Shown one piece after another: positions 29,901-46,601 of a DNA stretch of 64,000 nt. The stretch comes from Kudoa neothunni (lineage: Eukaryota > Animalia > Cnidaria): contig OZ199839.1 of assembly GCA_964304625.1 (NCBI GenBank), positions 1,154,180-1,218,179 of the forward strand, written 5' to 3'. Within the stretch, counting starts at the first letter, position 1; each line of letters opens with the position of its first letter. The notes under the pieces were generated by a model. It did not search any database. It saw nothing but the letters and a program-made list of their open reading frames with translations, and was not told the DNA's origin. Position numbers and translations under genes: made by a program.

Positions 29901-32900
29901 AGGGATGGGAAATCTTTTGTGGGGGACGGACCTTATTAAAATTAATCCATTAATATTTTAAATTATTCTTAGTTCAAATTTCAGATTTAAATATATAAAC
30001 TAGAATTTTGAAAGACCTTAAAACCAGAAAAGTACGTCAAATCAATAGATTATACTCTGATTATTTTCACTTCTAATATAATCGACTCGTGCTTAACGTG
30101 TGAAAGAACGATTTGTTGGACAATGTCGAACGTGAGATGTACCTGTATGCGTTTTTTTTGAAAATATTTTGTACTTCAATAGAAATAATTTTAACAATTA
30201 TATTCGTTCCTATTTAATGAAAATAAATGTTAGCTGAATTAAAGGTTTATATAGACAACATATTTACATTTAGAAAAAATTTAAAAATCATTTTAGTTTT
30301 TTAGATACTCAGAAAAATTTTTATGGCATTCCCTAGGTTAGGGTGCCAACCCCTGCTTTAGTCTCATGATTAGAAATTGAGCTATTGAGATATAAAAAAT
30401 TGTTGACAGTTTTTTGAGGTTACTATGTTAAATCTTTTATCTATCAATGCTGCTTTCTTATTTTACTTATATTGAAGGGTAAATTTTTCATGTCTTTAAA
30501 TCATCGTTAATTCTTATGATATCCAACCAATCATTGGACGATCCGAACTACTCTCAGACAAGGACGCGCACAATTAACTTCAAATCATTTTAGATCACTT
30601 TTCTAGATGTAAATTTTGAATTAAATTCTAGGCCTGAAACAAAATTTACCTTGGAAAATATGTACTTATTAAAATATATTTATTTTGTTTTGTTGATGGA
30701 ATAGTACATTTTTATATAAATTCCACAAATAATTAATAGAAAATCGATAACAATGTCACACAATTTAGACGGCCAGTTATGTTAGCAGATGGGAGTTCAT
30801 AAATGGCTTATTTATGAAAATTGATAATTCTTAATGTAAAGCGTCATCTAAAAGTGACAAATTTTTTTCCATTTAAAGTTTTCGCAATTTTATTTCTGTA
30901 TGTTTTATTATCTATAATAATAATAATAATAATAATAATAAAGTAATTTCCTTAGTTCTTAATGCTTTTAATTATTCAAACACTATAACAAAATTTATTA
31001 TTTGATTTTTTTTCTTTTGGAGGATGTCATATTTTTTGACATGAGACAATTAATTCCATCTTATTATTTTAATATTTATACAAGGCAGAAAGAGATACGA
31101 GAATAAAATCGCGATAGAGGAAAGCTTTAGCAGCTTTCCTTTGTCAACTATTAAATAATGGAAACATAATAAACTTTTCTTTATTTTTGTATGAGTTATA
31201 ATGTTAATAAGAATCCAGTTAATTAGAATAACATATTTCAAAAGTTAAGGTTGGAGTCGAAGTTATTTAAGATGGATAATCCTTTTTATAACAAAGTTCC
31301 TTTATAAATTACCCTTTTAGTGAAATTTTTCATTTTAATTTAAGAAAATACACTTTTTTATATTTAAGAAATAGTTTCAACTCTGATAAATATATATTTA
31401 AGAATACTGAAAATCCCGAGAATCGATAGTATACTCAATTAGTTTATATTTATCGGTAATATTTAGTTTAATTTAATGTTGGCTTTGGATATATTTTATC
31501 GTATTTTTCAGCTGTTAACGCTTGTTACTATTAGGAAATAAATGCGAAATACACACGCATTGTTATTACATTTAGTCTCTATAGCTCCTATTTGTAAGTT
31601 AGGTAAAGAGCTCGATGTTTAATGTTTAGTGGTTGTGATAGTTTATTAAGTTAAAATTGCACACAGAGGATTAGTTCAAGTATACCTTCCAATAGACAAA
31701 TATTTATATTAAATCTTTCGGTTAATTTAACATTTATGGCTTTAATTTTATTAATATGGTAATAGGAATCAGTGTATTTCAGTAAACGAGTTTCAAATAT
31801 GATGATTCTTTTCCATGAGGAAACTAATGTGATAAAAACCACACGAAATCGATCTCGATATAAATAATTTTTACGTAAATTAGCAAAACTATATATTTTT
31901 AACCGACTTACACACACAACATTTATTTCTTATAATGTTTGATTTTAATTAATCATTATCATTAATAATTAATACTTTGAATTAATATAATTAATTTTCA
32001 TGGTAGAATGGCTGAAAAACATTATCAAACCATATCAAGGAATAGAGTTTGAAAATTTCACTTCATCTTTTGCAGATGGAAGAATATTTCTAGCTACATT
32101 GAATATAATTGCGCCAGATTTATGGTAGTTGTATTCATGCGTTAGTAAAGTTTCTAATAATATAATTTAATCACACAGCGACTATAATAGTCGTATTGAG
32201 TGTGATAGTGATGGTGCGGCAAATTTCTCATCAAAAGAGAATTTGAATTATGCCATGGAGTTGTTTTCTCGTCTGAAAATCCAGCCGATATTTGTTGAGA
32301 GTGATTTCACTCCCCAAAATATTTTTATCAGACCAAACGATCGCTACATGCTTCAGTTTCTGTCGGGATTGAAGATATTTATGGAAAATTTGTCCAGTGA
32401 GGGTAGTCATCCCACCAGGTTTAATAATGACGATAATGACCATAATGACGACACCGAGGTGCCGATGGGAGATTGTAAAGCAACGTCCCATAATGATGGT
32501 TCTAATTTCGATATTGCGCAATTTTGTACAAAAGCCGATGCAGCTATCGATTATTTGTCTCATCAATCGCTTTCGAGAAAAAGTTTTGAAAATTCGAATG
32601 AAGATTCACTAGTGGCTATTGGCGTTACCAAAAATGGGCTCAGCCAAGACCATCTTCATTCCACCAAATTCCCTCAATTCGACAATACGTTCGTTAACAC
32701 CACGACTATTCTAGATTCGTTATCACTTGATTCGAAAAAGATTGATGTATACAAGTACAAAATCAAACATGATCCTCTCTATTATCTCGATCGTTATGAT
32801 GACGATGATGATGAAGGAAACGATAATGATGAGTTGACAGGACACCTAGGTGATCCTGATAGAAAACTTGTGAATTCGTTGAAAAAAAGTGCCATTCTTC

Positions 32901-34588
32901 AAGAGGCTCCTAAGGGGTTTAATCTCAATTACCACACTCCAAGCGACTACGAATTCGATATCACTCCCGCTATGTCTAAACAGATGTTCGAACCGAATTA
33001 TTCGATCTCTCAAAGTATTATGGATAATCATGAATTAGCTGCTGTCATCCCAACACCTTTTCCAACTTGTAACTGAAAAATGATTGAATTTTTTGGTGGA
33101 ATTTTTCTCTTTAGCTCCAGAATTTACAAATAAGGATGAAGATTCCCCCCTTATACAATTCACAGGTGAATCTTGTTGTCGGTCGATCTTGAATAAAAAT
33201 GGCGACGAAGAGGATAAGCATTTCCTAATTTCGCCATCACTTAGTCCCATAAGGCATACAAATAATTCGAGCTTGTTGAGAGATCGGCACAAAAACAATA
33301 ATATTCAAGTTGAACATGTGTACACTTTATCAAACCAATATCCTATGGACAAAGGTGTGTAAGTGTATCCTACCCAATAATTATTTGTTTTTGACAGGAG
33401 ATGTTAACCAAAGGCCCCCTTCCCAATATGACTCCAAAAGAATAAGCCATCTCATAAAAGATTACAGTGAGCGTCGTCTGTTGGCATATGATCGGTTTAT
33501 GAGTATGAGAAGGTTTTTCACGTTTTTGCCGGAGAATCGTAATTGGTTTAGCTTTATTATTTAACAGCTTATTTTTTGATGCAGAGCGTGTGTCTGCAGG
33601 TCAACAAGAGAGTGACTCGTTTGTGCATCACTTCTACGACGAGAAGCAGCAGCAAATAGCGGTACTTTTGTTTTTTCTCGAATACTACCAGCATCCATCT
33701 CATATCTATCTTATAGAATGATTATCTTAGTAGAGGCTCGATTCAACGTCTCTACCGGAATCTTTTCGATAAAATACAAGTTTTAAATGAGTTGGGTAAA
33801 AAATTAGAAATCGAATCATTAGAAAATCTAATGAATCAAGGTACCAGCCGACTTTCATTATTATTTTTTTCTGATCATCTCACCCGTTGCTATCCTTCGT
33901 TAGATAGTTGTACTTGGATGGATTGTAATGTTGACGAGATGGATACTTGTGTTGTTACTATGGAGGATATTTTGAGACAAATGGAGAATTTGTGTTACAA
34001 GTAATTTCCTTCTAGTTGTGGGTTGTGGTCGATATACACTTTATTATGAATTGTTCCCACGTTTTTTTATTAATAATTAATATTATTTTTTTAATTGAAT
34101 TAGCATTCCTGGGCTGAAAGTTGACTACGACCCGGATATAGCTATTCGGCAGATTGATTCGGAGCTTCATATTTTGTTGTCGAAAACGGGTAAAACTCCT
34201 CGCACTAAAATACAAATTTATCGACTTAAACAACAGTTTATCTATTTATTATGGATAGATAAATCTCAGAAGGACGAAGAGCGCGAGAAATTCCTCATAA
34301 ACGAAAGACAACGGTTTGTTGACATAAAAAATCAACAACTTGAAAATTCACTTGCTCTAAGCCCCCAAGACTCGGAAAAGTAAGTTACACGAACTACTCT
34401 TGGATGGTCTTATCATTTTTCATTTTTAGAGGAGATAAAGCGAACGATGAGGATTTAGTTCGTATAAGAGAATCGTTCTCTGCATTTTTTAATCATGCTT
34501 ATGGAGAAGTGAAAAAGAATGTTTCTAAATTTATTTAATTGTATAGCGTCGTATAGAACGTTTAAGGAGTGTTTTTCTGTCCGATGAA
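26973..34588 (+). CDS. EHBP1: EHBP1-like protein (NT-C2, calponin-homology and bMERB domains), many exons, one 3.4 kb intron; start and last exon tentative
   Basis: NT-C2: FEPKIYYLSIIK..IIAKCQFDLLDFV..MDPTYSSVVSAEIRMSI (cf. FEDKEWTFVIE..LATSSINMKQY..KPLSKKVVSAALQFSL). CH: NEQREILR|EWLKNIIKPYQGIEFENFTSSFADGRIFLATLNIIAPDL, joined in phase across intron about 28624-32007. bMERB-like: IDSELHILLSKTDKSQKDEEREKFLINERQRFVDIKNQ. Confidence 0.78.
28680..29880 (-). mobile_element. Decayed LINE reverse-transcriptase fragment inside the large EHBP1 intron
   Basis: Minus-strand remnants NAGFRES (cf. QxGFRxG) near 29650 and KHGCPKES (cf. GxPQGS) near 29360 lie in RT order. Confidence 0.4.
29900..30355. mobile_element. 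Buster-type hAT MITE inside the EHBP1 intron
   Basis: TIRs cagggatgggaa / tgccaacccctg with an imperfect 8-bp TSD atttagtt / ctttagtc that has a central TA. Confidence 0.7.
30914..30940. repeat. (TAA)n microsatellite
   Basis: Direct reading. Confidence 0.85.
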
Positions 34589-35030
34589 ATTGTTATTAAA
34601 TCAAATCATTAATTCGTTAAAATCGGTAGATAGGGATGGGGATAAATGCCTCGAGAGATCATCATAACTTTAGGAAGCTTTATTTATCATTAGCATAATA
34701 TGTCAGTTAAAATGAAACTAAAATTGTTCAAAATAAAACAAAAACTTATAATATCTAATGTTGGCGCAGTATATTTTAATAAACACAGGTATATTTGATG
34801 CTACGATGTATTTTGACCAGTATATTTAAATTTGAGAATTTATTATGCCTTCATTTGAAATATATCCTACTATGATTATGAGATAATAGTACTGAAAAAG
34901 ACGAACATTTGTTGTTTGTTTTGCTTCTAAAGGCGATTAATTAATATTAGAGACTGATAGAGATGAAACATAACGTAATGTTTGCCTGTCGAATTTCTAT
35001 TTCTAATTTGGAGAGTAGTTATACGTTAAA

Positions 35031-36250
35031 ATGATGTGTGTTACGGTAGGAAGTGCGCTGTTGGTGTTCTCGTTGTTGCTGCACAGCGTTTTCATTGCAG
35101 CTCAAGATTTGATTCGATTTAACGTTCCACAAAAAACATGGACAAAAATTGTACGCAAATTAGATATTCCATGTATACAATACACTCCTTTTGTACACAT
35201 AAAAATTGTGCTTACTTTTTTTATGTAGCTAAGGAGTATATAATTCAAGACAATGTCATTTACACGTTCGAAAAATATCAACATCACAGAAAACCCTCTC
35301 AAGATCATGAAATTACTATTGGACTATTTGCTGGTTGCCTTATTTTTGAAAAGCATCATCATTGTGTTTCTGATCTGTCCTACTTAGGGTTATGTAATTA
35401 TTCCGATATTTTAGTGTTTGTATAGTGTATGTGTCGGTAGGGTTTGATAGAGGCAATTTGGGAAAAAGTATTTTTTATGGACTATAACTGTTTGTTGGAT
35501 GTAATGACTTGGAAAATTTTTATTAAGATTTCACCGAAGCTTTCAAAACTCTTCGCGGTATATATTTTTAATTATGATATGTGAATAATAATTCGTTTTT
35601 TATTGATTGTAGTGTCAAAGCTTCGAACTATATATAAAAGTATAGTTATATTGATTATTGAGCTTAATGTGTAATTCAGGTTCCTCACGAGGCAAAATAC
35701 CCTTTGTTAATATATTAAAACCTTCTGGATGTAAATTTAAACTCCCCCGATCATCTCGCGGTTAAATAATTCTATTCGTTTAGTTCTAAATTCTGGCATG
35801 ATAACACCAGTACTAACCTATAGTATTCTATGTTCGATGCTGATTATTCTGTTGATTGTCATATCAATATTTTTGCCATTGAATATCTGCTATAGAGAAT
35901 CAATTAAATATTCGGGAATATTTATTAGCATAATATGTAAGCTTTCATTTAATTTTGGTATTATATTAATAAAACCTCAAAATTCCACTAAAGGGATGTT
36001 CACATTACCAATAATGATAGGGTTGACTATCTTTACGGAGAAAATACGCAAAAATTCCACAAATATGATCTACGGCTTGAACGCGGCGTCACTATGGATT
36101 AATTCAGTGACATTGTTATTATCAGCAATACTGTTCTCCATTGCTCACTATTATAGAAGATACTCGTATGTTAAAGTTAGCGGAGATCATCCAAAAAAAA
36201 CCTCAACCAAGTCAAACAAGATCGTCAACTTATTTGACTCGAAAAAATAA
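35031..36250 (+). CDS. Orphan four-TM membrane protein with claudin/PMP22-like topology, 7 exons
   Basis: N-terminal hydrophobic helix in exon 1. Five internal phase-1 exons (35229-35333, 35426-35467, 35528-35557, 35613-35639, 35680-35730) splice in frame to a last exon (35784-36250) that encodes three TM segments and a basic tail. Confidence 0.6.
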
Positions 36251-36594
36251 ATATTTACCAAAATTAGTTCCCTAATTCAATATTTACATAAATTTTTAAA
36301 TGTTGTTACCTTATGTTTGATTTAGATGAAAGCATATGCGATTAATCCCAGCTAAAAACACTTGGTTGAATTAAATCTTATTCTTTTAATCAGTTAACTA
36401 TTAGCGTCAGTAGCAACATCATCACGTAATTACAATTCTTTTAGAGTTTAGTTAATTTATAAATTAATTAATTTGACAAAGTTATCCCATCGCTTTGGAT
36501 ACACACCTAATTAAGTGATTGCCAAAGCCGCTTTTATAGTAGCTGATAGTCGTCTGCCTGCCCTCAACACAACATTCAATATTCGATATTCGAT

Positions 36595-37264
36595 ATGGCT
36601 GGCAATATCACATTAAAAGTTATCGTACTGCTGATCAACTATATTCAGTTCATATTACATGTGTTTTTCGTAACGTTCTACGGAGTTAGAACTCCGAACA
36701 ATATTATTTGGATATTTCCTTTGGCCACTAGTGTAACGGTACGGTGGGGGTTGAATCCGATTGGTTTAAATTTTAGATGATCTGTTTTATTGTGCCTGCA
36801 TATAGATTCTGTTGGCTACTGTTTCACTCACTTGCACCTGCCGTAGTGCTAGAAACAAAGCATTGGTATATATAATTTTTTTAACTTATGAAACTCAGCG
36901 ATTCTCCACTCTCCATTTGTAGGAAATAACCACTGCTGCATTGTTTTCAATAAACACTCTGGCTTGTTTAATTTGTGGTGTACTACTTTGTATTGTTCTT
37001 TTCACAAACAACCAGTGTTTAAAAAGCTTCCCTCATTACGGCGAATGCGATGAAAACTACAGAGCAATAAGAATTTTAGTTGCCGTGTCGTATGGGGTTG
37101 AAATTCTGTTGTCACTCTCCATCGCTCTTTACAATTGTCGTTGTTGTATGACGATCACACAACATCAACTACCCAACAATATTCATTCGAAGGAAGAAGG
37201 ATGTCTACTACATATCAAAGAAAGTCCCGCCGTTCCTAATCAAGTTTCTTCAGAGCATCTCTAA
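36595..37264 (+). CDS. Small orphan four-TM protein (MS4A/tetraspan-like topology), 3 exons
   Basis: Exons at about 36595-36738, 36778-36866 and 36923-37264 give four hydrophobic segments. There is a Cys pair in the second loop (QCLKSFPHYGEC) and a juxtamembrane CRCC motif. Confidence 0.6.
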
Positions 37265-38299
37265 TTATTGATCTACTACATCAACATTATTATGTTATTT
37301 TATAGGGATAGCTTTTTGGTTTGTTTAATTGTTTCAAATTATTCAGAAGTATTTTCCTATTCGACGTAATATCCCAAAAATACTAATTATCCTAAAAAAT
37401 AATGGGCTTGTCATAATTTTTATATAAATACAACTTAAATTTCCCAATTTAATTTTACTTTTATGGACATAACCAAATATCGCGTTTTAGAACATATTTA
37501 TTGCGTGAAAAACTATATAACATTTGGAAGAAGATATAAATAGCTCAAAATAAATCTCAACATCTGCTCTAGCGCTAAAATATACATTTTCTTGATAAAC
37601 GCATTTTAAATAATGAATCAATAATCTAAATAATAAGAGAATATTTGTTGTTTGGAGCAAGTTGCGATAAAATAATAATCATAAAACAAGTTTGATATGT
37701 AATAACAATACGTCGTAAAATTTAGCTATGGTGGCTAAAATTATAATCTACAATATTTATTTGAAACGTCTCATTTAAACGTTATTAAAAACGAATTCAT
37801 TACCAGTTATCAATAAAAAATCAGTTTTTCTTAAATTGATATAGTATATTTAGAAAATGTGATTTTCCATAATAACAAATAGTAATAATAAAGATTCGTT
37901 ATTTTGTTAGATCAAACATCAAACGCTTTTAAATGAAACTAAATCCATACTCTGTCGTAAATCTATTGCCTCTTTCTACCAGTCAGCATTTTCATTATCA
38001 ACTTTTTTTAACAATACAATCTGCAACTTTATTATGTGATTTTTTATAATTCAATATTGTGGCACCATCATCTGAAACAACAATTAATTATGATACTAAT
38101 AGAGATTCGTAATTTTTGTAAGAAATTAATAAAAATTTTAAATTAACCCTAAAGAGAATGCTTTCGGCTGTGAATAGGCTCTACTATAAGCCTGGTTTTG
38201 AAGACAACAGTGATATACTGTCGATGCATGAACTGGCGAAAGTTTAGACTCATGTTTTAATCGTTAAAATCAACAGATACTAACAATACCCTAACTATC

Positions 38300-38579
38300 T
38301 ACATGGTGGGAAGACTACAGACCCGACGGCGCGAGCTCTTTCATTACATATCACATCAAAATTTTCTATCACTCAATATTCTTTATTTTATTCCCAATAA
38401 CCAAAAACATTTTCTCAATTGATGTCACCTATTCGGTTTGTAATGATTTAACTTATAGTAATTTTTTTTGTTCTACTTATCTTTTAATGTCTGTATAAAA
38501 GGTTATTTTTTAATGTTGAGACCGTTTGTCTTAACATATCTCCATATGGCCCGAAGATAAAAATGTTTCCCCATCTCTG
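38300..38579. mobile_element. hAT/Buster MITE, relative of 18230-18543
   Basis: Right TIR ttccccatctctg and internal sequence shared with the 18230 element. Confidence 0.55.
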
Positions 38580-39020
38580 ACCTACGAAAATGATTAAAAT
38601 AGGGTGTTTCGACTGACCGATAATGATTAGACCAATAATAAAATTTCTTCAGAGATAAAAAAATTAAAAATAAAATGACTCACATCTTTGAACATTTTTT
38701 GCTCGCTGAAAACGCATATATTTTATAATCCTTTTGTTTCCGAATTTTTGTATTCTTAAAAAATTATATTTATTGTAATATTAGTGGAATATTCTGTATT
38801 TGGAAATAAATTTTTTAAAAATAGACTATAGAGAAAAGTAAAAACCATTTTTTATTGATCTATTTGAGTCTTTTCCAACCTTTTGGTTCACGTTCCCCAG
38901 ATTAACTAAACTAAATGATTATTAACCTCAAAGTATATTAATTATGTAAAGTTATAATATTATTGTTTCAGATTTATTTTTTTTAAGAGTAAAAGCTTCC
39001 TTGTGGATCCCCTGAAATTA

Positions 39021-40920
39021 CCGTCGAGATTGGATATTGCGTAATTCCAAAATTTCGACGTTATTCTCCTTAGAGAGAAACCTTTTTTTTGTATTTTTAT
39101 TATTTTATCATTTTGTAAACATTGTTAACATTAAAAAATAAGAAAATTGATTACTTATATATAGTCTTTTTATTGCGTGGTTTTAGTAACTCATCTGTTT
39201 AACAATAGAAGTGTTTTCTTCATTATTTCCCGTTAAAAACGTAATATTTAAGAGAAATAAATAATTAGTATAATTCAGTAGAAATGTTGAAAGTTGTCGA
39301 AAGAATGACGAATTCTAAGTTTAGATTGAACGATATGGTGATCTAAATTGAATATTAATGTACTGTCACGTTTAAGATAGTTTGAAAATTGATGGAATTC
39401 TTAACGAAGATAAACTCAAAAATACGGATATTGAAACTAAAAGGAGGACATATTTATCGGGAAAATTAAAAATATAGATGGTGAGCTGTATGATTGGCTT
39501 GTTAAACAATGGACGAATGATAATGTTATGCTGAGATTTATTATTATCAAAGTTGCTATATATATTGCAAATAAAAAAGAAATTTCCAATTTAAAGTCTA
39601 GTTAAGGGTGGTTTTCGGATTCCACTTCGAAATATGCGATAGCTTTCAAAATGTTACATGATAAGGCTGCGAATACCGATATTTCATCAATCGACTCATT
39701 GAATGTTGAAACCACTAGTTTGGTTAAGACATATAATCCTAAAGACGTTATAAACATTTATGAAATAGCCCTTCATTTTTGAGCTGTTACAAAACATTTG
39801 TTATGTTTTAAAGGATGAAGTCGGAACATAGGGCGAAAAATATCCATAAAGAGTGAATATTTTACTGTCACTTATTTTTAAATAGGTGTAAACTCCCATC
39901 TGTTTTAATTGGTAAATTTCAGAATTCTTGACGTTTCAAATGAGTTAAACATCTACCTCGTGAATATTATTCAAGAAAGACACATGGATGAAGTGTAATA
40001 TATTTATGAAGATAACGAGACAATCGAACCAAAGAATGATAGATGAGAACAGAGAAGTTTTAATTTTGTGGGATCAATATCCTTTTCATCCCAAAAATAA
40101 TGAAATTTGTTTTCTACCAAAAAAAACAACTAATACTCTACAAACCTTAATTTAAGCATCATCAAATGCATTAAAAATAAGACAGGGATACACTTGCTAA
40201 GCACACGGTTTTATGTGAAGCTTTTATCATCGAAAAATAATCATTACTAAACTCAATCATGCCATTAATTAAAATTTGGGAGAATATTACACTAGAAATT
40301 ATATTGGCTTGTTTTAAAAATCAAAAATATTTGATGGTAATACATAAAACTACAATAATAAAGTTAAGAGCAGTTCACAAAGTAATATTTGATGTATACA
40401 TAATTAATATTTTTAAATGAAGTTGAAGTTTACGAAAATATATTTGACGATGATAATGCTGCAACACGTGAGACTCAAAATCATGCGGATATATTGCCCA
40501 CGATGGTTAATCTGATGATATCGAACCAATTATTAAAGAAGTCAAAAGTTTAATCAAATAAATAAAAGATACGACTAACAATTTGAAGGAAATTTTGATT
40601 CAAGAGGCTCCATCTGGATTGTTTGATTTATATTCCACAACGGACATAATTTAAAAAGTATCAATAGAAAGATTTCGACATACAAAAATCACAAGATTGT
40701 TTAGCAAAATTTAATAACTCATCCTTAATTGAATTTTATGTTATCTGTGTTTTAACAAAGTTTGTTTGTAGGAATAATCATCAAACATAAGCGCAAGAAA
40801 ATCGTATTTAACAGTATCGTTCGCACGCACGCACGCACGATACTGGATATTGCATAAAAACTTTTTATTGCGTTGTTCTTTGCAGGTCCCAAAAACTCAC
40901 GCAATATCCAATCTCGACTG
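39021..40920 (+). mobile_element. pogo/Tigger DNA transposon, decayed copy 2 (1.9 kb)
   Basis: ta|ccgtcgagattggatattgcgt ... acgcaatatccaatctcgactg|ta: near-perfect 22-bp TIR with a TA target duplication. Colinear with 22184-24149. Confidence 0.9.
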
Positions 40921-41863
40921 TATGTATAGTTAGAATTCAATTTTAGGCTGAAAAACGCACGTCTAGCAAGAGATTGAGACAAGTTATAGATTCTTGATTT
41001 TTTTTAGCGCGTTGCAACACAACCAGTTTTTTAATCTGTTTAAATAAGGATAAGCTAGTGTTATGCCAAACTGATACTAAGTTATCCTTTTTATGTAAAT
41101 TTCAAATAATTCGACAGACTGCATTTTTATAAGAAGTGCTACGATAAATCTCTGTGAAATATTCATTCAGATTTACTAAGAATTAATTATTTTGATCATT
41201 AAATATAGGAGGAAAATACTAAATCAAAACCTCTAATTATCTAGTTATTCATGCGCAAACATATTCCTGACATTTTCCATTATAAAATTATTATAATTAA
41301 ATTAACTGAATTCGGAAAAATAGAAAATCTTTTAAAATCTCTCAATATTAAAGAACTGTATGTGTTCATAGTTCTAATCCTTTCTGATCGACGTATGTCT
41401 TATATTTGATTTGTTCCATATTACAAAATTAAGTCAAAATATCTAATTTTTTTAAATCACCGAAGAAAATTATTATTTTGATTAACTAATCTATTAAAAT
41501 TATAGAAATATCACGCCACTATTTTCACTATTATTTCCCGTGTGAGAAGTTGCTTTCACGTTGTGATCATAATCTTAAAAATGCGCTCCCATATGTCGTC
41601 TCAATAGCAACTATATTTATTAACACTATTATCTTACTTAACTTCAACACAAAATTAATGGTTTTTGATTTAGATTTCTTTCACATCCATTAAGTATCAA
41701 CTAAAGTTTGGCTACCGCGTAAACTAGACTTAAGCTTTTGTTGCTAAGATTAGGTGTATACCTATTAGTTGTTTTGATCAATTGAAATTGGTGAAGCAAA
41801 TCTATAACTACAACTAATAATATTTAAATTATCGTTAATAAATAATTTGATAAAAAATAATCA

Positions 41864-41877
41864 GTTGCTATGACAAC
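41864..41877. promoter_or_regulatory. RFX X-box-like motif upstream of MELK
   Basis: GTTGCTATGACAAC, close to the X-box consensus GTTNCCATGGNAAC, about 105 nt before the ATG. Confidence 0.4.
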
Positions 41878-41982
41878 GATGTTTCATGAACATCTCCTGC
41901 GAAAAAGCGGCACCCTAAAACCAAGATTAAATTGAGATTAGTTAATTTGCGTTGAACATCAAGTTATTGTGGAAGCGTTGTG

Positions 41983-44780
<2,798 letters not shown>

Positions 44781-46601
44781 TAATAAATGTTCCTTTTTTA
44801 TGTTTGATACGAGGGAATGATCTTTGCTGCTTATATGTGTGTGCGTGTTGTAGTGGCGAGTTTTGTTTTCCCTGTGCTCTTTTTAAATTTTACAAATTTC
44901 GCGCTTGAGTTATGGCAGATGGCGTGATTGTGACGTTTAAAAGTTACCAACAAAGTTGCGATTTTAAGCTATGGAAACGCATTATGAAGGCGAGATGCGC
45001 CTCCATCGTGTTTCCACGATTATAAGACTTAATCTATAAATAATATTTAATAGTATTCTTGAGCTAATTTCGAGTATATGATGTAATAAAATAGATAAAT
45101 GCTGAATAGTTTGAATAATTTAATTTTATTGGGTTGTTAATAATAATAAAATTTTTGGAGATAACGTACACGTTTGACGGAAATATTTAGTGCGGTTTTC
45201 AAGTTGTTTAAAATAATTTAGTGAAGCATATAGTAGAATATATGCTCCGCAATAGCGAATACCAGCTGTTTTAGTATATAATAAATAATAAAAATAAATA
45301 GCATAGAAAGGTGAAAAGAATAGTTTTTCGAAATAATATTTGATAATGTTTTAATTTGGTTTTCTTTATCAAAAGATACACAGGAAAATTGTTCATTAAT
45401 ATACGTTATTCTCTTATGCCTCCATATAATACAATGTTTTCTTAAATTTAGTGAAGTTAAAAAAAGGAAAATTTAATTAATGCCATTTTTTTATTTGGGC
45501 TTATTTTTTCATTTTAAAGTTGAAGCTTTAATTATTCATGTCATTTTTAGTTTTTTTAGATTAAATTGTGTCTAAATACATATAAGGCTCTTTATTTTGC
45601 ATCAAACTACACTTAATAATTATAGAATCATGGGATAAAGTTCGATAAATATTTATTTTAAACTATTAAAATGTTTAATGTGTTAAAAAATCTATATATT
45701 TTGTATAATAATTACTATAATTAGGAGAACAAATTTTGTTATGCCATAATATCCATATTATTAAAAACTATAAACCGTTATAAAAATCTCGAGAGTAATA
45801 TGAACCTTCATTTAGATTAGAAATATAAATAAATTTAACATATAAAAATTACGGCTAATGAAAAAAAGATATTTATATTTATAAAAAATTATATTTTTAA
45901 TACATTTTAATATTTAACATCATGTAAACGGTTACAAGAAAAAATTATTCAATATTATTGATATATCGAAAATAAATAATATTCTATATTTTAATTTATA
46001 TGGTTAGTTCTACAATAATTACTAAGAAAAGTCGATTTTTCTTCAGTTCTTTAACTTAAAAGACATATTTTCTAATTTAGCAAGGAATTAGAAGATATAA
46101 AAAGGGACATTACTTCGACAATTCTTAAAAATTTTATGGATAGATATATTTTTGTTAACGAACTAAGAATAGTTTTAGAATGTAGAAACTTAACTAATTT
46201 ATGCTATCTTTAACATTACATAGCTTATACTAAACTCGTTTTCAATGGATTACGAATTAACTAAATAAATCAAATGATGCTTATCATATTACTCTTCATA
46301 TTTATGAATTCTATAATTAAATGTTGTCCGAAATCATCACTCATTTTTGAATGGAACGCATTATTAATTGGAGATCAAATATCCTATATTTAACAAATTC
46401 TGGTATTATAATATCACTGTTTTGGAACTAAAATGCGTCGTAAAATTCATTGTCACAGAGTTAATAACTAATTTTAAAGTTTTATAGATAGTCTATTTCA
46501 ATTTTTTAAAACCGGAAGAATTCAATATTTGAATATGATCATTATTCTTAATGACAAATGTTATTAAATATAATTTTTTCATTCTATTACATCGTATAGA
46601 T

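Noticed and set aside
38866-39020. Possible hAT MITE interrupted by pogo copy 2
   Set aside because: A left end is plausible, but no convincing right end was found after 40922.
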